Source: an uncultured Chthonomonadaceae bacterium
GTDB taxonomy: Bacteria > Armatimonadota > Chthonomonadetes > Chthonomonadales > Chthonomonadaceae
DNA length: 64,000 nucleotides
NCBI GenBank assembly: GCA_963835065.1
Contig: CAWIEK010000053.1
Coordinates: 128,001-192,000, forward strand
Direction of reading: 5' to 3'
How positions within the stretch are numbered: position 1 is the first letter of the stretch; every line of letters begins with the position of its first letter. The position numbers and the translations under genes are program-made. Below, piece after piece: positions 21,710 through 32,316 of the stretch. The notes below the pieces were generated by a model that had not been told where the DNA came from, ran no database searches, and was given only the letters and a program-made list of their open reading frames with translations.

Positions 21710-22729
21710 GTGAGCGAAAGCAAACCCCTGCGCGTGGGTGTGTTGGGAACCGGCAACTGGGGCCGCGTGCACATCGAAGCCTACTGGCGCAACCCCGATA
21801 CCCAACTGGTCGCCATTTGCGGGCAGTCCAATCAGGAGCGCGTACAACGCATGGCCGCGCAGTACGGCGCAATCGGCTATCTGAATTTCGGCGAAATGCT
21901 GGCAAAAGAAAAACTCGATCTGGTGTCGGTTATCACGCCGGACGATCAGCACTACGCGCCCTACAAGCAGGCCCTACACGCCAAAGTAAACTGCTTTTTT
22001 GAAAAGCCGCTCACGATGAACGTGGAAGAAGGCCGGGAACTCGTTGCCCTGGCGCGGCAGCAGGGCGTCCATTGCGGCATCAACTTCAACCATCGCTACG
22101 CCACGCCCTTCCAATTAGTCAAGCAGCACATTGACGAGGGCAAAATCGGGCGGCAGTTGTTTCTGCACTGGCGCTTTACGGGCGGGCACTACCCTGAACG
22201 GCAAACGCTTCCCCTCGCGCACCTGCTCTACATGCAGTCGCACGGCTTTAACATGCTGCAAACGTTCGGCGGCGAAGTGACGAGCATCGTCGGCCACGCC
22301 TACGACCCGCGCGAAACCCGGCAGTTCACGACCTGCACCTTCAGCCTGCAATTTGCCAGTGGCGCAGTCGGCACGTTTGTCGCCAGCGTGGACGGCGATT
22401 ACAAAGACCCCGACATCTACGGCTTTGAACTGCTTGGAGACAGGGGGCGCGTCAAAGTGGACGACGCCATACGCCGCTTCGAGTACGCGCCCCGCCCCAA
22501 CTTCGTGCAAACGCATCAGGAGCAGAAAGGCCCCGAATCGCTGGCGCAAGTGTGGAACAGCCACTTCTTTGACGATGAAAGCCGCGACTTCGGACGCACC
22601 ACAGACCGCCACATCGCCGATTTCGTCCGCGCCATGCGCGAAGACGAACCGGAACCCATTCCCATCGAGGAAGGCCTGGCCGCGCTGGAACTCGGCCAAC
22701 GCGCTATCAACAGCGTAGTGAGGAAGTAA
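21710..22729 (+). CDS. Gfo/Idh/MocA family oxidoreductase
   Basis: GTG start after aaggaga; VGVLGTGNWG, EKP, NFNHRY. Confidence 0.9.
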   Translation: MSESKPLRVGVLGTGNWGRVHIEAYWRNPDTQLVAICGQSNQERVQRMAAQYGAIGYLNFGEMLAKEKLDLVSVITPDDQHYAPYKQALHAKVNCFFEKPLTMNVEEGRELVALARQQGVHCGINFNHRYATPFQLVKQHIDEGKIGRQLFLHWRFTGGHYPERQTLPLAHLLYMQSHGFNMLQTFGGEVTSIVGHAYDPRETRQFTTCTFSLQFASGAVGTFVASVDGDYKDPDIYGFELLGDRGRVKVDDAIRRFEYAPRPNFVQTHQEQKGPESLAQVWNSHFFDDESRDFGRTTDRHIADFVRAMREDEPEPIPIEEGLAALELGQRAINSVVRK

Positions 22730-22770
22730 ACCGCCCTTTAGGAAGGCAGGCAACAGCCGTTGAGAAAAGT

Positions 22771-23856
22771 ATGGATTTGAAGCAAAAACGTATTAGTGGA
22801 AGATATGCTACAGGCGTAATGGTCCTGCTTGCCGTCCTGCTTTGCCTTATGAACCGGCTGCTGTTGGAACAAAGCGCTGATTCGCCCCGGCATGCTGCGC
22901 GTACAGTCGATGCCTCAAATTTTACCGTAACCATCGCGCCAGCAGATTGCCCTGATCCGCGCACACGCCGCGATATGGAAACGGTTGCGCGGGATATAAT
23001 TACCATCGTCAGTCAGCGATTCGTCGGCCCGGCTCCTGAAACTTGTCCTATCCTGCTGTCGCGGGGCGATCATCCACTTACCCATCCGCCCCAGAACGGC
23101 CAGTACCGCATTGAACTTAGTGTGGATTTCCAGCATCGAGACTTTGCGAGAATGGCTTACCAATTAGGCCACGAAATGGGGCATGTGATGATGGGGACAC
23201 ACGGCTTTAACTGCGGTGTTGATGAAGTAATGGCGACAGCGGCTTCCCTACAGGCACTGGATGATCTTGACGCGCGTTGGGCAGTACAGCCTCCCTACCC
23301 GAACTGGCAGTATTTTCATTCCAATTTCTGCGAGTATCGCGCTCTGGTAGAAAAACTTGCTTTAGCCACGTTTCCCGTTCAGGTACAGGAAGCGGCACGG
23401 GAGCGGCGATGGGATTACCTCACTCTCTACTTGCGCTTCCACATCCCTGACATGGAAGCGGATATTCGCAGCAAACGCAGCCGCAATTTGCAGACATTGG
23501 GAGCCATTCTCCTGCGTACGACAACTCTGCCCTGGTCGGAGTTTGCTGGAGCCGGTGTTTACATCAGATACCATTCCGCCGAAGATGCCAAAGCTGCAAG
23601 GGGAGTGCCGGTCCGTCTGCGGCAGGCGCATACGGCCTTGTGGCGGTTAGGCCGGGAACATTCACTTCAGCTCTATGTCGTCCATTTCAGCCATCCGCCC
23701 CGATTACAGGAAGCCTTGTTACACAAAGGATTTTTGTTTCAGGAGGACGGGGAGTGGATATGGCTGATGGAATGTCAGCCGCAGAAGGAACAATCTTCTC
23801 TAAACCAACTGACCGTCGAGAAACCAACCCTCATCGAATCACGTCCTGCGAATTGA
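22771..23856 (+). CDS. Membrane-anchored hypothetical protein with HExxH metallopeptidase-like motif
   Basis: N-terminal hydrophobic helix; YQLGHEMGH followed by DEVMA. Confidence 0.6.
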   Translation: MDLKQKRISGRYATGVMVLLAVLLCLMNRLLLEQSADSPRHAARTVDASNFTVTIAPADCPDPRTRRDMETVARDIITIVSQRFVGPAPETCPILLSRGDHPLTHPPQNGQYRIELSVDFQHRDFARMAYQLGHEMGHVMMGTHGFNCGVDEVMATAASLQALDDLDARWAVQPPYPNWQYFHSNFCEYRALVEKLALATFPVQVQEAARERRWDYLTLYLRFHIPDMEADIRSKRSRNLQTLGAILLRTTTLPWSEFAGAGVYIRYHSAEDAKAARGVPVRLRQAHTALWRLGREHSLQLYVVHFSHPPRLQEALLHKGFLFQEDGEWIWLMECQPQKEQSSLNQLTVEKPTLIESRPAN

Positions 23857-23876
23857 CGTGCAAAACGGAGTGAAGA

Positions 23877-24458
23877 TTGATACGTTTATGTGTGTTTTGC
23901 GGTTCCAGCTTAGGAGACAAACCTGAGTATGTCGAGGCGGCGCGGCAGATGGGCGAGGCGATTGCGCGGCGTGGGTGGGAGATGGTGTATGGTGGGTCGA
24001 AGTTGGGACTGATGGGCGTTGCGGCGGACGCGGCGCTTGCGGCGGGCGCAAACGTGATTGGCGTCATTCCCGAAATGTTCGTCAACAACGAGGTTCCGCA
24101 TCCCAATCTTACCGAACTGCATGTAGTGCGTTCCATGCACGAGCGCAAAGCCCTGATGGCGGAACTGTCGGACGGGTTTGTCGCGTTGCCGGGGGGATTA
24201 GGCACATTCGAGGAGTATTGCGAAATCGTGACGTGGGCGCAATTGGGGCTGCATGTCAAGCCGTGCGGACTTCTGAACGTGAACGGCTTTTACGATCCCC
24301 TACTCGCATTGGTAGACCGCGCCATTACGGAAGGATTTATTCGCCCACAGCAGCGCGGATTGGTTTTAGCCTCTGCCGACATTGACGATCTGTTCGCGCA
24401 ATTCGACGCTTACAATCCGCCCGTCCTGCCCAAATGGATCACGCCCGACCAGACATAA
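23877..24458 (+). CDS. LOG family nucleotide phosphoribohydrolase (TIGR00730-like)
   Basis: CVFCGSS, YGG..GLMG, MHERKA, PGGLGTFEE. Confidence 0.92.
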   Translation: MIRLCVFCGSSLGDKPEYVEAARQMGEAIARRGWEMVYGGSKLGLMGVAADAALAAGANVIGVIPEMFVNNEVPHPNLTELHVVRSMHERKALMAELSDGFVALPGGLGTFEEYCEIVTWAQLGLHVKPCGLLNVNGFYDPLLALVDRAITEGFIRPQQRGLVLASADIDDLFAQFDAYNPPVLPKWITPDQT

Positions 24459-24479
24459 CACAAATCTATACAACCGTTT

Positions 24480-25502
24480 CTAATTCGGCCTGGGCGCAGA
24501 CGCGGTTCTGGCATGAACAAGGGTCGGCTGCGGGGGCAGAGCCTGCTTCAAAACGGGCAGGACACGCAGGCGCTTGGTTTCGGTCGCCAATTGCAGGAGG
24601 GTGCGTCCGTCGGGCAGTTTTTCGTTCGCGTCGGCTCCCTTGTCCAGCAGGGCGCGGGCGACTTCGGGATCGTCCTGCTCCACGCTCAGGCGCAGGAGGC
24701 TCCAGCCTTTGTACACGGCATCCGGCTTCGCGCCGTGTTCCAGCAGGGCGCGGACATCGGGCACGTCGTCGTCCAGACAAGCGAGGTACAGGGGCGGCAT
24801 ACCGTTGCCGTCCGGCGCATTGGCGTCGGCTTTTTTGTCCAGCAGGGCGCGCGCTATCGGACCCTCGCGCAGCATAATCGCCCACGTCAGCATGGGAATT
24901 TGCGAATCGTTGGGCAGGTTCGGGTCGGCTCCGCGTTCCAGCAGCATCTGTACCATGTCCAGCCGCCCTTCCGCAATCGCCAGGGAAAGCGCCGTGCAGC
25001 CGTACTCATCCTGCGTATTAACCTGCGCCCCCCTGTCCAGCAGCAGGGAAATCATGTAAGCGTGTTTGGACATGACCGCCATCATCAGCGCGCTTGTGCG
25101 CAACTCGCTCCGCTTGCGTATCTCGTTCGGCAGCGTACATTGCAGCAGTTGCCCCACGCTCGGCTTGTTGACGGGTTCCGTCGTAATCAGATTCGGGTCC
25201 ACGCCCGCCGCCAAATACTTCTTTACGCCGTCCGCGTCGCCCGCCTGTATCGCCGCCATAAAGCCGCGCTTGCGGTTGTTGTCCTGAATCTTCTCGTAGC
25301 CAAGCAGCCCGCCAAATCCAAGCACAATCAGCAGGATCAAGGCCACGCCATAACGTTCAAAAAACGACAGGTTCATAATAGCGGCAGGCTGGCGGCGCAT
25401 TGCGCCCCACGCGGGGAAATTCCCGGCAATCCCGGAAGGCGCCGCGGCAACGGCAACAGCAGGAGTGAAAGTTAATCGGGTCGGCATCGGCATAGTTTCC
25501 AT
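24480..25502 (-). CDS. Ankyrin repeat membrane protein (start uncertain)
   Basis: One TM then repeated G.T/PL..A...G....V..LL..GAD.N units. Confidence 0.88.
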   Translation of the reverse strand: METMPMPTRLTFTPAVAVAAAPSGIAGNFPAWGAMRRQPAAIMNLSFFERYGVALILLIVLGFGGLLGYEKIQDNNRKRGFMAAIQAGDADGVKKYLAAGVDPNLITTEPVNKPSVGQLLQCTLPNEIRKRSELRTSALMMAVMSKHAYMISLLLDRGAQVNTQDEYGCTALSLAIAEGRLDMVQMLLERGADPNLPNDSQIPMLTWAIMLREGPIARALLDKKADANAPDGNGMPPLYLACLDDDVPDVRALLEHGAKPDAVYKGWSLLRLSVEQDDPEVARALLDKGADANEKLPDGRTLLQLATETKRLRVLPVLKQALPPQPTLVHARTASAPRPN

Positions 25503-25744
25503 CAGAATGGGAGGACACTTGTGCAGAAAGCCGCCAATACGTTACATACGCAGTGGTTTCGGGCGGCGTTTCATACCCCAATCACGACACGGTTCTCAGA
25601 ATGTGACGCAAACCAAATTGTGCCGTATTGAAGTGGTTTCGGCTATTCCCTCTGTGCCCCCTCTGTGTCTCTGTGTCTCTGTGGTGAACTTGTATTCGCG
25701 TGTATTCACGTTCATTCGCGGCTACTCTATCCTCAATCCAGGCG

Positions 25745-27151
25745 TCAGGCGAAGAAGCGGGCAAGGCCCTGCGGCGGCAGATCGGGAACAACCAGCGTTT
25801 GCGGATTGCCTTCCCGCGCCAGAATGGTTTCCGCCGCCCGGTAGCCGCTGCGAACCGCGCCTTCCATTGTGGACGGCCAGCCGGTCTGCGTCCATTCGCC
25901 GGCCACGTACAGGTTTTCAATGGGGCTGCGCTGATCGGGGCGCAGGCGTTCCACGCCGGGGCGGGGCGACAGGGTGGCTTTGGGCCAGCGTATCACGAGG
26001 GACTTGGTGACAGCCGCGTCCCGCGTATCCGGCAGGCACTCGCGCACTTCTTTCAATACCAGCGCGGTCAGTTCGTCTTTCGGCAGTTGGGCGAACCGCT
26101 GCGACGCGCTGATGACAATGCTCAGGTACGTTCCCTGTTCGGGCGGCAGGTTCCAGTTCTGCGTTTTGTTGAAAATCCATTCGATATTGCGGTCCAGAAT
26201 GGCAAGCGCGGGCGGGCAGTCAATAGGCCGGTCAAACCACAGATGCGCCCCTAAGATCGGTGACAATTCGATCTCGCGCAGGTTTTCCCAATAGGCTATG
26301 CCCTGCGTTATGGCAGGCGGCAGCAGTTTCAGCAGCAGATCGAATTGCAGGGCGCTGACGTACATATCCGCTTCAACGCGCTCACCGTCTTGAAGCGTAA
26401 GCCCGGTGACGGTTGGATTTTCCCCCTCGGAAAAGTGGATTTGTTCGACAATGGTGCGCGTGTGAACGCAACTTCTGCGCTTTTGCAGATAGGCAAGGGT
26501 TGGCTCCGTGTACAGCGTTCCCAACGGCACACGGGGTACGCCAAAGTGGAACGCATGGGCATTGAGCAGAAAACCATCCCGAAACAATTTAAAGGCGTGG
26601 AGGCAACTGATGCGTTCGGGTTCCTCGTTGCAGGCGGAAACCAGAATGGGACGCCAGAAGCGACGCACGGCCTGTTCCGTTTGGGCCTGCACTTGCAGCC
26701 ACGCGCCCATATCCAAATCTTCCCGCGCCTTTTCGGTACGGGTGCGCAGCATAACGGCAAGGGCGCGGGCAATGCCGATTTTATCGCGCAGGTTGAGCGA
26801 AGCAAAGCGCAGAAAGCTGAGGGACGTATGCGCGGGAGCGGGCAGGCCGCAGCCTTCAATCACGGGGCGCTTGCCATCCCGGTCTAAATACTCCAGCCGG
26901 TCAAAGTATTGGATTTGATCCTGTACGCCAAGCCGGGTAAGCAGGTCTTCCAAATTGGTGCAGCAGCGCATGGTTCCGTGCTGGCACTCATCCAGCCGCA
27001 TCCCCGTCGGCGCATCCACAAACGACGAGGCGCGGCCTCCGAGCAGGGGCCGCTTTTCAAACAGTTCCACCCGAAAGCCGTGTTCCGCCAGCCTGACCGC
27101 CGTGGCAATCCCCGCCACGCCGCCCCCGATTATCGCCACCGATTTCGCCAT
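25745..27151 (-). CDS. hpnE: Hydroxysqualene dehydroxylase
   Basis: IIGGGVAG FAD motif, GGRASSF, D..QH, AGEWTQTGWPSTMEGAVRSG; hpnC and hpnD nearby. Confidence 0.88.
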   Translation of the reverse strand: MAKSVAIIGGGVAGIATAVRLAEHGFRVELFEKRPLLGGRASSFVDAPTGMRLDECQHGTMRCCTNLEDLLTRLGVQDQIQYFDRLEYLDRDGKRPVIEGCGLPAPAHTSLSFLRFASLNLRDKIGIARALAVMLRTRTEKAREDLDMGAWLQVQAQTEQAVRRFWRPILVSACNEEPERISCLHAFKLFRDGFLLNAHAFHFGVPRVPLGTLYTEPTLAYLQKRRSCVHTRTIVEQIHFSEGENPTVTGLTLQDGERVEADMYVSALQFDLLLKLLPPAITQGIAYWENLREIELSPILGAHLWFDRPIDCPPALAILDRNIEWIFNKTQNWNLPPEQGTYLSIVISASQRFAQLPKDELTALVLKEVRECLPDTRDAAVTKSLVIRWPKATLSPRPGVERLRPDQRSPIENLYVAGEWTQTGWPSTMEGAVRSGYRAAETILAREGNPQTLVVPDLPPQGLARFFA

Positions 27152-27160
27152 ACGCTGCGA

Positions 27161-27211
27161 CAGTTGATAGTTCGTAGTTGATAGGGATGCAGGAACGACG
27201 CGCTTTCAGCG
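27161..27211. repeat. Dispersed AGTTGAT-based element (relatives at 16214-16261 and 59071-59128)
   Basis: agttgatagttcgtagttgatag-g-gatgcaggaacgacgcgctttcagcg versus ...gatag-a-gatgcagaaactacgaacttgcagcg. Confidence 0.7.
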
Positions 27212-27263
27212 GAAGGCCAACCACAAAAAGCCGCAAGGCTCAGGGCGTGATGTTCTGCCACCC

Positions 27264-27635
27264 TCACCAAAAATTAACCCTGTTATTCTCGCTCAATCCC
27301 TGTTCGATCTCCTGCCAGAGACGGGTTTCGGCCTCTTGTTCTTCCTTCGTCATATTGGCGTCTTCCTCGGCCCACTTGCGAAACAGTGCTTGCGTCGGCG
27401 TTTCACCGGGCAAGGTGGGAGGAGCGGGGCGAAGTGGTGTGTTGTCTGCAGTCTGCCATCTGGCAAGCAACGCTGCAACATGCGCCTTGGGGTCATGGAC
27501 GGGCGGCGAGGGTAATGGCGTATTGTGCTGCATGGGCGCGAAGGTTTGCGCCAGCAGGTCGTTGACGGAAACGCCTTCCGCCGCCGCGCGTTCCCGCACC
27601 ACGTTTTCAATTTCGGGACTCAATTCTGAAGACAT
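27264..27635 (-). CDS. Orphan antitoxin-like hypothetical protein
   Basis: ELSPEIENVVRERAAAEGVSVNDLL RHH-like start; acidic tail WAEED...; RBS ggagg. Confidence 0.6.
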   Translation of the reverse strand: MSSELSPEIENVVRERAAAEGVSVNDLLAQTFAPMQHNTPLPSPPVHDPKAHVAALLARWQTADNTPLRPAPPTLPGETPTQALFRKWAEEDANMTKEEQEAETRLWQEIEQGLSENNRVNFW

Positions 27636-27780
27636 GGCTTTCCTCCCCGCGTGCGAACGGGAAACGTAGTGGACGCGAAAATGCTATGAATATAGTATAG
27701 CACAGGCTGAGGCAGCTACAATCTTATCATGAGTGGGCTTCTACTTTGTTCGATTGAAAGTGTTTAAGGGCTTGAGTCCG

Positions 27781-30700
27781 TTAAATCGGACGAGTATTCA
27801 CACTTGATTCGTCGTGGAGAGAACATTGGAGAACGCACTCAACAACCTGCTCTAATTCCATCTGGATTCCTTCGTTCCAAACCGCTGCGAATTCTTCGTC
27901 CCCCAGCATTGCTTTTACCACATTTATATCCTCTCTGATCTTCATTTGGTCCTTCGGAGTCAATGGCGCTGGGTACTTCTCTCGCAAAGCCAATGCCCAC
28001 GCTACTAATCGTGCATTATGAAAATTTCGTCGTTGAGTAAAAATCAATAGTGTGTAATCATTAACAACCCCAACAACCCCATTTTTGTTGTTTAAATCTC
28101 TGAGCATTTCCAAACTTTTCCTAAGTAAAGCTAGAGCTGAACCGTAATTTCCTTGTTCTATCTCCAACTTACCAGCGCCTGAGTATGCAACGGCGATGCC
28201 TAATGCTACGTCAATATTCGTGAACATAGACTGACTGATGCTATTGTAACGTTGCGCCTGCACGTAATCACCTCGATCCCTGGCTACATTGCTCAACGAG
28301 TCGTGCAGTCTGGCAATATTAAATCTATCTCCACACTCTGTAAAAATCTTTAGGCTTTCCTGTATCAAGTTCCACGCTCTCGCATTATCACCGAGATAAT
28401 AAGCTACATCGCCGATATTCCCCTTGCAAATAGCGATACCCCTCCTCTGACTTAACTTCTCGAAAAGTTCAAGTCCATTTTGATAATGCCTCTCAGCATG
28501 TTCAAAATCACTTTCATTTAGATATAAATTGCCTATTTCGATGTGCAAATTCGCCAGTCCGTCTAAGTTCTTCAGATTCGTGCGGATTTGCAGGCTCTCC
28601 TCATAGTAACCCCTCGCTAAAGAGTTTAATCCTTGTAGTGAAGCCAAGAGACCGAGAGATTGAAGCAATTGGCTGATAGCCTCATTATTTTTCAAATCTC
28701 TATAAATACTCAAACTCTGCTCGAAATAGTGCTGTGCCATAAGGAGGTCTGCGCGATCTTCAGCAATATCTTTAGCAAGCAATCCTAATTGGTGTAGCGT
28801 ACTTGCAGTGCTGGCTTGGTCATCCAGATTTATGAACCGCTCTAGGTTATCTCTATGCAACTCTATAGCCTGGCGGTAATCGCCCATCTCACGAGTCACT
28901 ATTCCCAGCCAGTACAGCGTTCGGGCCGTGCCTTGATTGTCATTCAACTCCATATAGATGCCCAGACTCTCATTATGTCGTTCCAGAGCCTGCTTATACT
29001 CGCCCTGCAGGTGTGCAAGAGCGCCCGCCATGTTAAGCGCTCTTGCGCGCTGTGTCGTGCGGTTCTTGAAGTTTTCCAACCCATGTGCTAAATGAGTGCG
29101 TCCTTCTGCCAGGTAGCCCCGCGAACGCCAGAAACGATCCAAAGCGCACACAACCTGCAGACCAGTTTCTGCCGATCCACCATTATGCCAACACCATTCC
29201 AGAGCACCATTTACGTTCGCATACTCTTCATCCAGACACTCCAACCACTTTTCCTGTTCCAAGCCTACATCCATGACAGCTTTATTGAACAAATTAAGAA
29301 AATAGTTCCGATGCTGGTTCTTGATTAGATCAGCCTCAACATCTATTTTGAATTTATGGGTCGCGAATTGACGCACCGCCTCAAGTAAGCGATAACGTAC
29401 TTTGCCATTCTCATTTTCCACCTGTACAAGCGCCTGCTCCTCAAGATTTGCCAGTAGATTCATTACTGTCTCAGTGGTGATTCCATCCTCCAATGCTCTT
29501 TCAAAAACGAAAATGTTCTCTGCCGCTTCAAGAGTCCATCCACCCTGAAAGACCGCCAGACGTGACAACAGCGTCTGTTCCGTATCGCTCAACAGATTGT
29601 AACTCCATTCAAGGGTGGCCCACAGAGTTTGTTGCCGCTTCACCGTTCTGCGATCAACCAGTAGGTCAAAAATTTGAACTTTCAGTTTGTCACGAACCTG
29701 ATATACCGAAAGCGTTGAGAGCCGTCCGGCTGCCAACTCAATTGCCAAGGGTATGCCCTCCACATACATGCAAATTTCAGCTATTGCCACCATCTCCTGA
29801 GCCGAGGGACGAGTATTTACCCCCCTGTCTTTTGCTCGTTCTAGAAACAGCTTGATTGCTGTGTATTGCTGTAGACTATCCGCTGCGCTCTGGTCCCCCC
29901 TCTCTGCCTTCTCATATTCGGCTATACGCGGCAGGATCAGTGAACGAACGTTGTAGATAGATTCTACAGCAATCCCCAGGCGGCGGCGACTGGTCGCTAA
30001 TATCCGTAACCCGTTGCATTGAGAGATAAGATATTCAACAAGCTCCGCACAACCTTCTGTTAGATGTTCGCAATTATCAAGAATCAGCAATTGGCGACCA
30101 AAATTAAGCATTTGAACCAAGACTTCTTTTTCGTCTATATTAGATTTTTTTGACAAAAGAGTATTCCGCTTCACGGCCTTCTTCACGGCTTGGAATATCT
30201 GACTCGGCTTTGTGAGTGGCGCTAAGTCAACAAACCACACGCCATCGGGGCACTCCGTTTTCATTTCCTCGGCTACTGCAATGGCAAGACGAGTCTTGCC
30301 CACACCACCCGTCCCCGTAAGCGTCACCAATCGCCGGGTGTCCTGAAACCGATATTGCACTTCCTGTATATTCGCTACGCGACCTATCAAGCGGTTCGCT
30401 TGTGACGGCAGGTAGATCAGCGACGATTCCTGCTGTGGAACAGGGGGACGCTGTTGCGCCTGCTTCCTGAGTTGGTCATAGAGAGTGCGTGTTTCCGCAT
30501 CGGGTAAATTATTTGAGTAGTCTTTCGCCAGCGTCTCGCACAAAGCATGAAAGGCTTCGTCTACCTTTGGATAATCGCCGTTTTTGGCATAAGTTCGCAT
30601 AAGATTCCTGTGGGCAGATTCTCGTAAAGGGTCAACCTGAATCAAGCGACACAGGTAGGGAACAGCACTGGAAGCTCCTCTATCCGTTTCCGCCTTTGCC

Positions 30701-31179
30701 AATTTCTCCAATGCCTGTAGGTAACGCTCTTCTCGGAATCTCCGTTCTTCTTCTATCCACAACTCCCCGCAACTCTCCATGAGAGCGCCACTATACAAAG
30801 TTACTGCCCGCTCTATACCTTCTACTACCCCTTCAGCGATGGCTTTATCAAACTCCAAGACATCCACCCAAACATTGTCTGGAAGCAGTCGAATGTGGGT
30901 CCGATTTGTTTCGAGACCCGGCAAACCTTTCAGTTGCTCATAAAGACATTTCCTCAGAAGAAGGCGTGAGTCATGAGGATGCTTACGTTGTTTGTTAATA
31001 CATTCAGGCTCCGGCCAGAGTTTCTTGGCTACGCTGATACGTTCCACGCTACGTCCAATTTGAAGGGCAAGCAGGCCAACAAGCCACTGAGCTTTTTTCT
31101 CCGCGATATTCAAAAGTTGTCCATCCACACGGACTTCGATATTGCCGAATAAGCGAATTTCAAGATGAGATGTGGTCAT
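27781..31179 (-). CDS. AfsR/SARP-like regulator: BTAD + NB-ARC-type ATPase + TPR repeats
   Basis: IRLFG start, DPLRESAHRNLM, Walker A GTGGVGKT, LILDNCEH, GIPLAIELAA, many TPRs; lower GC than flanks. Confidence 0.9.
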   Translation of the reverse strand: MTTSHLEIRLFGNIEVRVDGQLLNIAEKKAQWLVGLLALQIGRSVERISVAKKLWPEPECINKQRKHPHDSRLLLRKCLYEQLKGLPGLETNRTHIRLLPDNVWVDVLEFDKAIAEGVVEGIERAVTLYSGALMESCGELWIEEERRFREERYLQALEKLAKAETDRGASSAVPYLCRLIQVDPLRESAHRNLMRTYAKNGDYPKVDEAFHALCETLAKDYSNNLPDAETRTLYDQLRKQAQQRPPVPQQESSLIYLPSQANRLIGRVANIQEVQYRFQDTRRLVTLTGTGGVGKTRLAIAVAEEMKTECPDGVWFVDLAPLTKPSQIFQAVKKAVKRNTLLSKKSNIDEKEVLVQMLNFGRQLLILDNCEHLTEGCAELVEYLISQCNGLRILATSRRRLGIAVESIYNVRSLILPRIAEYEKAERGDQSAADSLQQYTAIKLFLERAKDRGVNTRPSAQEMVAIAEICMYVEGIPLAIELAAGRLSTLSVYQVRDKLKVQIFDLLVDRRTVKRQQTLWATLEWSYNLLSDTEQTLLSRLAVFQGGWTLEAAENIFVFERALEDGITTETVMNLLANLEEQALVQVENENGKVRYRLLEAVRQFATHKFKIDVEADLIKNQHRNYFLNLFNKAVMDVGLEQEKWLECLDEEYANVNGALEWCWHNGGSAETGLQVVCALDRFWRSRGYLAEGRTHLAHGLENFKNRTTQRARALNMAGALAHLQGEYKQALERHNESLGIYMELNDNQGTARTLYWLGIVTREMGDYRQAIELHRDNLERFINLDDQASTASTLHQLGLLAKDIAEDRADLLMAQHYFEQSLSIYRDLKNNEAISQLLQSLGLLASLQGLNSLARGYYEESLQIRTNLKNLDGLANLHIEIGNLYLNESDFEHAERHYQNGLELFEKLSQRRGIAICKGNIGDVAYYLGDNARAWNLIQESLKIFTECGDRFNIARLHDSLSNVARDRGDYVQAQRYNSISQSMFTNIDVALGIAVAYSGAGKLEIEQGNYGSALALLRKSLEMLRDLNNKNGVVGVVNDYTLLIFTQRRNFHNARLVAWALALREKYPAPLTPKDQMKIREDINVVKAMLGDEEFAAVWNEGIQMELEQVVECVLQCSLHDESSVNTRPI

Positions 31180-31422
31180 AGATGAATATTCTCAGATAGT
31201 TGGATTTTTCCTCTTCCAAAGTTGCTTGAGGGGTACGTTCCGGGGTATGCGCGTAGGGCACACTGATTTTGTTAGACGCATCAGGGTGTAACACCCATGT
31301 TCCGCGAACGCTTCTGTAACTTATCGGTGGAGACTCATTCAGGATTTTCGCTGCCAGCAGGCATAAAGAATACGCTCTCGTCACCGATCTACAGAGAACT
31401 GCTCATTCAGAAAGGAAAGCAG

Positions 31423-32238
31423 GTGAATTATTCAAACACAAAATGGTGCTTGGTTGCAACGGCGCTTATCTGTTTGGCTGCGCCAGTTACACGCGCTCAA
31501 GAGCTTCTCATGAATGGTAACTTTGCCACTGGTGACTTTAGCGGATGGACGCTCACAAATCAGAAGAACCCGTTCGACCTTGCCAATGCCAATTCCTTCT
31601 ATATCGGTACGCCAAGCGCTGATACTCCCGCAATCAACGGTATTACGTTCTCGACAGCCGCAAATCCGTTGGGTGGGAGCTACTATGCGGTGTCCACGTC
31701 CGATCTTCCCGGGGCGCATGCGCTACTGCAAAACTTTGGCGTTCCGCTGTCTGCCCAAAAGATCACTCTCTCGTGGCAGATGTTCGTTAACGACCAAAGT
31801 GGCATTGGCCCCGTGATTGACGCCTCCGGGTTAGATTACTTGACTGGCGGCATCACGGATCCGCTGACAGGCGCTCCCTTGGATAATCAACATGCCAGAG
31901 TGGACTTATTACGCATTGGAGCAAGTGATCTTTCGACTAACACCGGCGATGTAATCCACAACTTCTACTTGGGCGTAGATAATCCCGGCAACGCGCCTCC
32001 CAATCCTTACCTGTCCTATGCGTTCGACATCACGCCCTATGTCACCCCCGGCCTGACATATCGGTTGCGCTGGGCTGAGGTGGACAACCTATCCGCTCTG
32101 AACGTGGGAGTTGATAATGTCAGCGTACTTGCCTCTCCCAACGCAGTGCCCGAACCCGGCCCGCTTTCCCTGCTGTTGGGGCTGGCGTTCGGCTTTGCCG
32201 TATGGCGGCGTAACTGTAGCCGTGTCTCACTCTCCTGA
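31423..32238 (+). CDS. PEP-CTERM surface protein
   Basis: Signal peptide, LLMNGNFATG, C-terminal VPEPG + TM + RR. Confidence 0.88.
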   Translation: MNYSNTKWCLVATALICLAAPVTRAQELLMNGNFATGDFSGWTLTNQKNPFDLANANSFYIGTPSADTPAINGITFSTAANPLGGSYYAVSTSDLPGAHALLQNFGVPLSAQKITLSWQMFVNDQSGIGPVIDASGLDYLTGGITDPLTGAPLDNQHARVDLLRIGASDLSTNTGDVIHNFYLGVDNPGNAPPNPYLSYAFDITPYVTPGLTYRLRWAEVDNLSALNVGVDNVSVLASPNAVPEPGPLSLLLGLAFGFAVWRRNCSRVSLS

Positions 32239-32316
32239 GTGATGGCCTTTCACCCCGCGCTACACCCGGTCATAATACCGCGCGTGGCGCAATATCCAAC
32301 AAGGAGAAGAACTCGA

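Noticed and set aside
25648..25722. ctctgtg / attcgcg short repeats as a coding or regulatory feature
   Set aside because: Low-complexity intergenic repeat half-element; nothing further supportable
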